Source: Clostridia bacterium
GTDB lineage: Bacteria; Bacillota; Clostridia; TANB77; CAG-508
DNA length: 64,000 bases
Direction: 5' to 3'
Assembly (NCBI GenBank): GCA_045643205.1
Contig: JAZUKI010000005.1
Coordinates: forward strand, 5,597 to 69,596
Shown here: positions 20,771-29,225 of the stretch, one piece after another
How the letters are laid out: the number at the start of each line of letters is the position of its first letter
How positions within the stretch are numbered: the first letter of the stretch is position 1
Made by a program: the position numbers and the translations under genes
The notes under the pieces: generated by a model
What the model was told of the DNA's origin: nothing
The model's database searches: none
Seen by the model: the letters and a program-made list of their open reading frames with translations, nothing else

Positions 20771-20783
20771 CTTAGTTTGCTAA
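20757..20783. promoter_or_regulatory. CIRCE-like operator 2 (degenerate)
   Basis: TTAGCAAAA-N9-GTTTGCTAA. The TTAGCA-N15-TGCTAA core is intact. Confidence 0.65.
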
Positions 20784-20885
20784 AATTATATAAATGTAAT
20801 ATTGGTAGCTTGTTTTTATTTATATAGCGCTTGCTTTCAAGCCTAGGAACTATAATATTTTGACCAAATATTAAGAGAATTAAAG

Positions 20886-20920
20886 TCCAAAAAAAGGACT
20901 AGAATTTCTCCTAGTCCTTT
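20886..20920 (-). terminator. rho-independent terminator after the cyclophilin gene
   Basis: Stem AAAGGACTAG/CTAGTCCTTT, followed by a run of T on the minus strand. Confidence 0.8.
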
Positions 20921-20934
20921 AAGTTTTTTATTAA

Positions 20935-22017
20935 TTATTCGTCTATTCCGTATGAACCTATGTTTGATGATCCGTAATATTGTTGCATCATATATGAATA
21001 GTAATCAAATGGTTTTTGTGTTTCTGGCATTCCGTAGTCAACTCCGTATGTATCAACTGTTATTGATGTAATTTTTGGAGGATTTACAGGTTTGTCTGCT
21101 GTTTTTGTTGTATCTTCTGAGTTTTGTTCTCTTGTTTCAACTTCAACATTGGCAATCTTGTCAACTATTTCTAATCCTTCTGTTACTCTACCAAATGCTG
21201 CATATTGTCCATCTAATGTTGAATTGTCAGAGTTCATAATGAAGAATTGGCAAGAACCTGAATTGTATCCTTCTTTTGTAATTGATGTTTTTCCTAATGA
21301 GCTATAGTCTGAACGAGCCATTGATAAAACACCTTTTTCATGTTTTATGTTGTTTTCTGTGTATCCGTTAAGTATGAATTCACCTTTAATAGAATATGCT
21401 TCTGTTCCTTTTGATGAATCTAATTGATCAAGTGTTGCACTTCCTGTTCCATCACCATTTGGACATCCACCTTGAATCATGAAATCAGGAATTGTTCTAT
21501 GAAATGTTTTTCCATTGTAGAAACCATTTTGTGCTAATTTTATAAAGTTAGCTACTGTGTTTGGAGCAGCATCAGGATATAATTCTCCTTTTATTGTTCC
21601 GTAGTTTTCTATAACCATTTCAAATGTTGGATTTTTTCTAACTGTATTTGCTTTCTTAATAATTTGATTTGTTAAATAAGCAATTCCGCCTAATAACAAA
21701 ATACAAACTATTGCAGAAACTAATAATTTCATTTTTGCTGAACTACTGTAGTCAGCTTCAATAACTGGTTTTTTGCTTTCTTTTTCAGCATATTTATCAG
21801 CTTTTGCTTTTATTTTTGCATCTCTTTTTTCTGCTTTTTCTTTATCTCTTTTTTCTTTCTTTTCTTCTTTAGATAATCTTAATTCTTCATCGAAGTCTTC
21901 AACTACTTCTTCATTTTCGTCATTATCAACTACGATTTCTTCATTTTCATCGTTGTCCACTACAACTTCTTCATTATCTAATTCTTCGTTATCTAAATTA
22001 TCTTTTTCCTTTGCCAT
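20935..22017 (-). CDS. membrane-anchored cyclophilin-type peptidyl-prolyl isomerase
   Basis: Cyclophilin motifs FHRTIPDFMIQGGCPNGDGTGS and SMARSD..GSCQFFI. One TM helix (LLVSAIVCILLLGGIAYL) and an acidic, repeat-containing N-terminus. The start was set to ATG 22015-22017 (MAKEKD), which follows GGAGGAAAAA. The track start is a TTG inside that SD. Confidence 0.88.
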   Translation of the reverse strand: MAKEKDNLDNEELDNEEVVVDNDENEEIVVDNDENEEVVEDFDEELRLSKEEKKEKRDKEKAEKRDAKIKAKADKYAEKESKKPVIEADYSSSAKMKLLVSAIVCILLLGGIAYLTNQIIKKANTVRKNPTFEMVIENYGTIKGELYPDAAPNTVANFIKLAQNGFYNGKTFHRTIPDFMIQGGCPNGDGTGSATLDQLDSSKGTEAYSIKGEFILNGYTENNIKHEKGVLSMARSDYSSLGKTSITKEGYNSGSCQFFIMNSDNSTLDGQYAAFGRVTEGLEIVDKIANVEVETREQNSEDTTKTADKPVNPPKITSITVDTYGVDYGMPETQKPFDYYSYMMQQYYGSSNIGSYGIDE

Positions 22018-22036
22018 TTTTTCCTCCAATTATTGA

Positions 22037-23431
22037 TTATTTAATACCTGTTGCTCTTAAGGCATCATTTATGTTGCTGACGCCAATTATATCTAATTTA
22101 AATTTTTCTTTCAAGAGCCTTCTATTATTTTCTGGTATTATAACTTTTTTTATTCCTAAACGTTCACATTCTTTTAAACGTTTATCAATCATGTTTACTG
22201 ATCTTATTTCTCCTGTTAATCCAACTTCACCAATGATTGCTGTGTCTTTAGGTATCTCTATATTTTTAAAACTTGATGCAATGACAAGTGCTGTTCCTAA
22301 ATCTGCTGCAGGTTCAGTTATTTTCATTCCACTAACTACATTAACATATACATCTTGTGAGCCTAAATTCATGCGTGCTCTTTTCTCAAGAACAGCAATA
22401 AGCAGTGCCATTTTATTATAATCAATTCCGCTTCCTGTTCTCTTTGGAATTCCATAAACGCTTGGTGTAGTTAAAGATTGTAATTCTGCAATTAGTGCAC
22501 GTGAACCTTCAAGTGAACATATAATTGCTGCACCAGCTGTTGGCTCATTGTTTTCTGAGATTAACATTTCAGAAGGATTTGTTACTTCTATCATTCCTTC
22601 ATTTCTCATTTCAAACATTCCAATTTCATTTGTTGAACCAAATCTGTTTTTTACACATCTTAATATTCTATATGAAAAGTATCTTTCACCTTCTAAATAA
22701 AGTACTGTATCAACCATATGTTCTAAAACTCTTGGACCAGCTATTGTTCCATCTTTTGTAACGTGCCCGATTAGAATTGTTGTAATCGCTTCTTGTTTGC
22801 ATGCTTGCATTACTCTTGCTGTAATTTCTCTAACTTGACTAACAGTACCTGGCGCTGAAGTAATATCTTCTGCATACATAGTTTGGATACTATCTATTAT
22901 AACTAATCTTGGCTTTAATTCGCTTATTTGCGTTTCAATAGAATCTATGTCTGTTTCGCCAAGAAACATTAAATTATCATTTTTTATTCCAAGTCGATCA
23001 GCACGCATTTTAACTTGTTCTGCTGACTCTTCTCCTGAAACATACAATACTTTTCCTGAACCTTCATTATCAAGTATTGATTTTTCAGGTTTTGCTATTG
23101 CATCGCACAACTGCAAAATTAAAGTAGACTTTCCTATACCAGGTTCTCCACCAATTAAAACAAGTGAACCTTTAACTATTCCACCGCCTAAAACTCTGTC
23201 TAGTTCTGAAATTCCTGTTGAAGTTCTAACTTCTAATTTTCCTTCGACATCATTTAAATTGCGTGGTTTTGATTTCTCTTTTAATTTTACATTTGCACCT
23301 GATGAAGATTTAACTTGTATTTTTTCTTCATAAAATGTATTCCACGAATTACAAGCTGGACATTTTCCAAGCCACTTTGGTGATTCATTTCCACATTCAC
23401 TACAAACAAAAACTGTTTTTGATTTTGCCAT
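22037..23431 (-). CDS. radA: DNA repair protein RadA/Sms
   Basis: Zinc ribbon CSECGNESPKWLGKCPACNSW, Walker A GGEPGIGKST, KNRFG motif and a Lon-protease-like C-terminal domain. Confidence 0.96.
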   Translation of the reverse strand: MAKSKTVFVCSECGNESPKWLGKCPACNSWNTFYEEKIQVKSSSGANVKLKEKSKPRNLNDVEGKLEVRTSTGISELDRVLGGGIVKGSLVLIGGEPGIGKSTLILQLCDAIAKPEKSILDNEGSGKVLYVSGEESAEQVKMRADRLGIKNDNLMFLGETDIDSIETQISELKPRLVIIDSIQTMYAEDITSAPGTVSQVREITARVMQACKQEAITTILIGHVTKDGTIAGPRVLEHMVDTVLYLEGERYFSYRILRCVKNRFGSTNEIGMFEMRNEGMIEVTNPSEMLISENNEPTAGAAIICSLEGSRALIAELQSLTTPSVYGIPKRTGSGIDYNKMALLIAVLEKRARMNLGSQDVYVNVVSGMKITEPAADLGTALVIASSFKNIEIPKDTAIIGEVGLTGEIRSVNMIDKRLKECERLGIKKVIIPENNRRLLKEKFKLDIIGVSNINDALRATGIK

Positions 23432-23441
23432 TATTCCTCCA

Positions 23442-23951
23442 CTATATTATATTGTCTTCTCCAACTTTTTGTCTTTTGAATAGTTTCTTTATCTTAGCAA
23501 ATATTTTTGAAATTAATGATTTGTTTTCTATAACAACTAATTCTTTTTTAGCTGTACTTTCGTATTTTAAATTTATTAAGTCAATAATACTAGTTTCATC
23601 ACTAACTATTAAATTTACTTTTTCTAGTTGTGATGAATCTTTTTGAATTGAAGTTGTCTCTGATGAAATTTCTGATTTAGTATTTTTACTTAGCATTTCA
23701 TTTATTACTTGTTTTATTTCTTCATCACACAAATAATCTCTATATATGCTAATTAATAAAGTTTTTGTTTCTCTTTCGATTGGTTGTTGTTCTAATGAAA
23801 CAGCTTCATTGTAATCAAAATACAAATTTTTATCACTATTTAATTCAAGTAATGACCAAATACTACTTGGTATTTTAGCTTTTGTTTCTTCATCTAACAT
23901 CATCAATATTTGGTAACATTCAGAAAAAACTTTATTAGAAATTACTTTCAT
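23442..23951 (-). CDS. hypothetical protein, 169 aa
   Basis: ATG with an AGGAGT SD, lying 10 nt upstream of radA. No motif recognised. Predicted soluble. Confidence 0.55.
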   Translation of the reverse strand: MKVISNKVFSECYQILMMLDEETKAKIPSSIWSLLELNSDKNLYFDYNEAVSLEQQPIERETKTLLISIYRDYLCDEEIKQVINEMLSKNTKSEISSETTSIQKDSSQLEKVNLIVSDETSIIDLINLKYESTAKKELVVIENKSLISKIFAKIKKLFKRQKVGEDNII

Positions 23952-23968
23952 ATTTACTCCTTATTGGG

Positions 23969-25426
23969 TTATCTTTCATTATCAATTACAACTTTGCTAT
24001 TGTTCTTTGAAATTTCACTAAGCGCTTTAGAAACTTCATCTATTTCTGTTTTTGTTATTCCATTATCGTTAATAATTAATAATTTAAATTGATCATTTAT
24101 TTCAGAAATATTTGGTTGTTGCTCTGTTTCATAATAATATTGTTCATAAAGTTTGTTTGAACTTTCTTTATCTTCTTTTGCCATTTCTCTGCAAACTCTA
24201 TCTAATACAAGTGAATAATATGAATCAAATGATCTGTCATGTTTTTCTAAATCGTTTTCACTATAACTAATTTGTCCTCTGCATTCTTTAAATCCTTTCA
24301 ATTTTGCAAAGTATTGTTCTGCTTCTGTAAAATCAATCTTTTTATTTTGTTTTACTATTTTTTCTAATTCTTTATTGAATACTTCGTACATTAAAATATT
24401 TTGTGTTGTTCCAAAATATTCACCATATTCTTTGCCTGTTAATTTTATATATTCATCAGCTGTAATGTAATTTGCTTCTGATGTTAATCTATTCATTCTA
24501 GCATTTAAGAAATTAAATAAGTCTCTTCCATACATATTGATAAATGCTGTGTCAAAATTGTTCTTACCATCAAAGATATCATTGCCTGCTTTCATTCCTG
24601 TTAAGTATTCCATTTGATTTATCATTGACATTGCTTCTTTATTTTTTACATGTTCAGAAAAATTGTATTTAATTTTTCCTTCTGAAGTTTCACTAAAATC
24701 TTTAAGTTCTTTTTCTGAAGTTACATCTTCATTTGTAAAAACATCTTCACAAATTTTATTTATTTTTCCATCGACCATAGAAAATAATCTATTATCATTT
24801 AAGAAAATTTCTGAAGTATAATTACTGCCAGCTATAGCAAAACATAGTTGTCTAAGTAATGCTCTTTGCTTTTCTGGATCGTCTAAATTATCTAAAAGAT
24901 TTCTGTCTAAAACACATTCTTTATCTTCTTCAATATAAAATCCTAATGATTCGCTATCTAATGTTGCTTCTGTAAAAGTTGTTGATTTAATTTTACTTAG
25001 TGCTTTGTCTATATTAATTTTATAACCTTTATTTGCTAGTACTTTTAAATGATTTGATGCAAAGTCTAATATTAAATTTTTCTTTTCATTGCTAACTACT
25101 TTTTCATTGAAGTATTTGATGTTTGTATCACCGTTAGTATTATCTTGATATGCTCTCATTGATTCATCTTTTGCAATGTTAGAAATTTGAGCTGTCATAG
25201 TTGGTGGTGTAAAAATGCCTATTGCATTTTTTAAAACATCTTCATCACTAATTGGAACTAGAGAAGTTCTATATCCAATGTCATTAGTTTTTAAATAGCA
25301 ATATAAATCATCATTATCTGCAACTAAATGATAAATTGTTTCTCCATTATATTTAATTGAATCGGCGCTTATATAATTTCTTCCGTTATATACTGCAGCC
25401 TTTTGACTTAAGTCGATAATTTTCAT
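23969..25426 (-). CDS. hypothetical protein, 485 aa; degenerate paralogue of the upstream HExxH protein
   Basis: It aligns collinearly by eye with the 524-aa protein. YNFSEHVKNKEAMSMINQMEYLTG matches YNFTSASNYYPAISIMNILGTMVG. Exactly 21 residues later in both, YGRDLFNFLNARMNRLT matches YGKEFYLEMIRMINKQT. The HExxH position reads QLCFA. Confidence 0.6.
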   Translation of the reverse strand: MKIIDLSQKAAVYNGRNYISADSIKYNGETIYHLVADNDDLYCYLKTNDIGYRTSLVPISDEDVLKNAIGIFTPPTMTAQISNIAKDESMRAYQDNTNGDTNIKYFNEKVVSNEKKNLILDFASNHLKVLANKGYKINIDKALSKIKSTTFTEATLDSESLGFYIEEDKECVLDRNLLDNLDDPEKQRALLRQLCFAIAGSNYTSEIFLNDNRLFSMVDGKINKICEDVFTNEDVTSEKELKDFSETSEGKIKYNFSEHVKNKEAMSMINQMEYLTGMKAGNDIFDGKNNFDTAFINMYGRDLFNFLNARMNRLTSEANYITADEYIKLTGKEYGEYFGTTQNILMYEVFNKELEKIVKQNKKIDFTEAEQYFAKLKGFKECRGQISYSENDLEKHDRSFDSYYSLVLDRVCREMAKEDKESSNKLYEQYYYETEQQPNISEINDQFKLLIINDNGITKTEIDEVSKALSEISKNNSKVVIDNER

Positions 25427-25459
25427 CTTTTCTTTCCTTAAATATTTTACTTTAGTTTT

Positions 25460-27034
25460 TTAAAAATCGCCAAATAATAATTTATTATCGTCATCTTTAT
25501 TATTTGATTTTTTTTGATTGTTATTTGGATTTATTGTTGGTATACTACTTTGTCTATTATTATTTGGATTTATAACTGGTATGCTGTCTGGTAAAGTATC
25601 TTGTTGTCTTTGCATATTGCTTACTCTAATTCGTTCTGATTCAATTCGAGTTATCTTGGCTTTTGTCTGTTCTGTATTCTTTACTTTCATTCTATCTAAT
25701 CGATGTCTTTGTTTTTGTCTAATTCTTTCTTTTTGTTTTCTTACACAATATTCATACATTTTAAGTTGTGGTGAACTAATAAATTCTTGTGGTGATTTTT
25801 TGCCATAATACATTCTATAAAAGTTCATAATATTTATTATTTTATGTCTAAATATATTTTCACCATTTTGAATATTTAAATACTCTACTGGAGCAATTGG
25901 TCTAAATTTTGCTTGTTTATAAGTGCATTGATCAAGTTGTTCTTCACTAAAACTATAACCTCTTTCTTTTAATCTAATTGCTACTCTTGAAAAAGCATAT
26001 CTATAATTAGCTTCAAAGCTATTATCTCGCATAAATGTTATTTTGTTTGTTTTAGGATCTTTGTTTCTAAAGATAATTCTTCCGCCCCACTTTTCGGCTA
26101 ATTGAAATCTTGTTAATTGTTCTACAGCATCTTCTGGATTTTTTGATGTTTCTATAATTTTATTTACAATTTCTCCTAATACATAGTTTAAACTATCTTT
26201 ATAAGCTTTAGCTGGATTTTCTAGTTTATTATATTCGCGTATATTTGTTTGTTTGTTAATCATTCTTATCATTTCTAAATAGAATTCTTTTCCATATTTC
26301 TCTTTAACAGCTTCTTCAAATTTTCCATCATTTTTTAATGCACTTACTTCTGGTTTTATTCCTACCATTGTTCCTAAGATATTCATTATAGAAATAGCTG
26401 GATAATAATTTGAAGCAGATGTAAAATTGTAATGCAATAAATCTCCGTTTCTTGGCGATAATATAACTCGTGAATATCCTGCATCTCTAAAAGTTTTTAT
26501 ACAAAATGACTCATCTGATCCTTCAACTATTGCTTTATTTGTTAAATACTTTATACTAAAACCTTGAGTTAAAAAATGAAATCCTTCATGTACTATTACC
26601 TTTGTAAAATCTTCTAGATTTTCTCCTTTTTTCCACTTATCCCATTCATCTTCTTTTAAGAACAATACATTTGTTGGAGTAAATACATATCCATGTATAT
26701 CTTTTATAGCTAATTTATGTCCAAGCTTTTTTTCTTGTTCTTCTTGTTCTTTCTTTACTTTTTCGCTATCGCCTTCATATGTATAAGTATTTAATTTTTT
26801 AAGTCTTTTTTGTATCTTTTTTAGTTCTTCTTCATTTAACGGAACATCATTATTTGTATTATAAGTAACTAATGCTGTATTAATAATACTAGCAATAAGT
26901 TCATTGTCTTCATTAGATATTTTTTTTATACCTATATTGTCATGTAAAACAATTCTTGTAGTTATCTTATTTAGTATGAAACGAAATAATGATTGTCGTT
27001 TTTTTACTTCAACTGGTATTAGTTTGTTTTCCAT
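25460..27034 (-). CDS. hypothetical zincin-like protein with HExxH motif, 524 aa
   Basis: VIVHEGFHFLTQG, with Glu residues 20-25 aa downstream (AIVEGSDE). No signal peptide or TM helix. A basic coiled C-terminal region is followed by the IPVINPNNN / IPTINPNNN repeat and the acidic tip DDDNKLLFGDF. Confidence 0.6.
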   Translation of the reverse strand: MENKLIPVEVKKRQSLFRFILNKITTRIVLHDNIGIKKISNEDNELIASIINTALVTYNTNNDVPLNEEELKKIQKRLKKLNTYTYEGDSEKVKKEQEEQEKKLGHKLAIKDIHGYVFTPTNVLFLKEDEWDKWKKGENLEDFTKVIVHEGFHFLTQGFSIKYLTNKAIVEGSDESFCIKTFRDAGYSRVILSPRNGDLLHYNFTSASNYYPAISIMNILGTMVGIKPEVSALKNDGKFEEAVKEKYGKEFYLEMIRMINKQTNIREYNKLENPAKAYKDSLNYVLGEIVNKIIETSKNPEDAVEQLTRFQLAEKWGGRIIFRNKDPKTNKITFMRDNSFEANYRYAFSRVAIRLKERGYSFSEEQLDQCTYKQAKFRPIAPVEYLNIQNGENIFRHKIINIMNFYRMYYGKKSPQEFISSPQLKMYEYCVRKQKERIRQKQRHRLDRMKVKNTEQTKAKITRIESERIRVSNMQRQQDTLPDSIPVINPNNNRQSSIPTINPNNNQKKSNNKDDDNKLLFGDF

Positions 27035-27085
27035 ATTCTCCTACTTTATAATGATGAAATATTTTTATTTCTAAATATCCTATTT

Positions 27086-29119
27086 TTATAGTAATGAAAT
27101 GTTTGTTATTCCTAAATATTCTAAAAAGAAATTTATAAATTTTGCATGTGACCAACCAAGTCCTATTACCCATGTTTTGTTTAAGTCTTTGTTAGATTGT
27201 TCTGGTAATAAACCAAGTGGTGTTGCGTTGTCAACAATAAACTTCATACAATCCGTTGCACTTTTCCTATCGCCTAATTTTGTATAATACATACCCATCA
27301 TTGCAGTAGATATTATCCAAGGATTTGTACCACCAATATAGGTGTCGTTTTGAAATCTTAGATAACCACTGTTGTATGTTCTTAATGTTAAGTTAATTTC
27401 ATCAATTGTATTTTTCATAACTTCATCATCTGCATCAAAAACATAATAAGGTATGATTGCTCCTATTTCACTTATATCTGTTAAGTTGTCTACTGTATTT
27501 CTTTTTAAAACTTTTCTTTGTGTGTCATATAAATTTTCCAAAATATATTTTTTAATATTTTGTCTATAGATAATAAATTTAGGTTGCTCTTCTGCAATTT
27601 CATTCATCTTTTCTTGATTGTCTTTAAATCTATGTCCTACAATATTGTATATTTGTGACATTGCTCCAAATGCAGCATAGATAGCGCTTAAAGAATATAG
27701 ATGAATTCCTTCATTCATTTCCCATAAATCATAACTTGGATGCTTGTAAATTTCATCTTTGTCAATTTGATAAAACTTTTCTTTGCTTTCATTTTCTTCT
27801 GTATTGTTTTCTTCAGAATTATTTTCTTCAGTATTATTTCCCTCTGGAACATTTTTTTCTTCGCCATTTAAAATATAATTAATATACTTTTCTAGAAAAT
27901 CTATTGCTTTTTCAAGCATAGGTAATATGTCTATTAGTAGATCTTCTTTGTCTTCATTAAAATATTTTTTAGCTATTTGATAATGTTTGTATGCTCCCCA
28001 AACTACTTCTGCTGTTTCATCTATTTGGTATCCCCAACATGGAGCAAGTCTTCCATCTGTATAAAATCTTTGTTCCCACATTCCTGTTTTATCTTGAGTA
28101 TTTTTTAGGAATATTTTATAGAATTTATCTCCATAATCATCAAATCCTAAAAAATCTAATGCTAGATATACCATTACATTGTCACGTGGCCAACAAAATG
28201 AGTATCTTCCTGATTTATCTCTTTCTTCATCTACTTCAAGTGATGCTGAAATTCCACCAGTTTCTTCATTTACTAATAAAGGCATATAAAGAATTGATCT
28301 GTTGTATATCTTCATCATGCTGTCCATTAGTTCTGTTCCATCTGATTTTATTTTTAATCTATTGTGTTCATCAAGAAAGTTCTTCCAATATTTTTCTATT
28401 TTTACTAATTCTTTATCAACATTAATTTTTCTTATTTTATCAATGTTTTCTCTAATTTCATTCATATTGTTGTTTTCATATAACAAGTACATGTATACAA
28501 CAAATTCTTTTTCTTCGCCTGGATGTAAAACTCCTAAGTCATAGCTGATTGCTGCTTCTGATGCTTGTGAAATATAATCTTTGTCATAGATAACTCCAGA
28601 GTTTATGTTTCTTTCAACATCATTAACTTGATGACTTAATGTTTTTTGATTTGCAAAAATTGCACAAGTAAAATTATGGCTGTATTGTATTAATGTTTCT
28701 TCTGTTATATAACTTCCAGCTTGGTTGTTATATGATGATAAAGTTTTTGAATGAACTAAAAAATTCATATTTAAATCAATTGTGTTATTGTTTTTAAATA
28801 TATATTTTTTAATTATTACATCTTTATCAATCATTACAGCATCAACTTGCTTAATATCCAAATTAAAATATGAGTTAGTAATTTCAGTATTTAAGATATT
28901 AGTATTTTCTGTATAATATTGATTATATTTATTATTAACATCACTGTGTAAATAGATAATATTTGAATCATTTACCTTTATTCCAACATGTAGAAAATCT
29001 GAGTATTGGCGGTAGTCAGGTAAAGGATAATATAGTCTAAGCAATTCACCATATTTTGTGAAACTTACAGTAACATCTTTATTGCCAATAAATGCATCAT
29101 TAAAATACTTTTTTTGCAT
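27086..29119 (-). CDS. GH15 glycoside hydrolase (glucoamylase/glucodextranase-like), cytoplasmic
   Basis: 677 aa with GH15 hallmarks CWPRDNVMVY and YDLWEMNEGIHLYS. No signal peptide. Contains a low-complexity insert, EGNNTEENNSEENNTEENESKE. Confidence 0.8.
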   Translation of the reverse strand: MQKKYFNDAFIGNKDVTVSFTKYGELLRLYYPLPDYRQYSDFLHVGIKVNDSNIIYLHSDVNNKYNQYYTENTNILNTEITNSYFNLDIKQVDAVMIDKDVIIKKYIFKNNNTIDLNMNFLVHSKTLSSYNNQAGSYITEETLIQYSHNFTCAIFANQKTLSHQVNDVERNINSGVIYDKDYISQASEAAISYDLGVLHPGEEKEFVVYMYLLYENNNMNEIRENIDKIRKINVDKELVKIEKYWKNFLDEHNRLKIKSDGTELMDSMMKIYNRSILYMPLLVNEETGGISASLEVDEERDKSGRYSFCWPRDNVMVYLALDFLGFDDYGDKFYKIFLKNTQDKTGMWEQRFYTDGRLAPCWGYQIDETAEVVWGAYKHYQIAKKYFNEDKEDLLIDILPMLEKAIDFLEKYINYILNGEEKNVPEGNNTEENNSEENNTEENESKEKFYQIDKDEIYKHPSYDLWEMNEGIHLYSLSAIYAAFGAMSQIYNIVGHRFKDNQEKMNEIAEEQPKFIIYRQNIKKYILENLYDTQRKVLKRNTVDNLTDISEIGAIIPYYVFDADDEVMKNTIDEINLTLRTYNSGYLRFQNDTYIGGTNPWIISTAMMGMYYTKLGDRKSATDCMKFIVDNATPLGLLPEQSNKDLNKTWVIGLGWSHAKFINFFLEYLGITNISLL

Positions 29120-29225
29120 ATGTGCTCCTCTTATTTTATCTTTTGTTTAGTCTTGTTGTTGTCTTTTAATACTCTATGTTTGTTTTATTTATATCTGTTA
29201 ATTAAATTTATCTGTCATTAATGTT

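Noticed and set aside
27780-27870. The tandem NTEENN-type repeat in the GH15 gene as a functional module.
   Set aside because: This is a short, low-complexity acidic insert in a loop region, encoded by a slippage-prone 15-bp repeat. It is most simply a neutral expansion.
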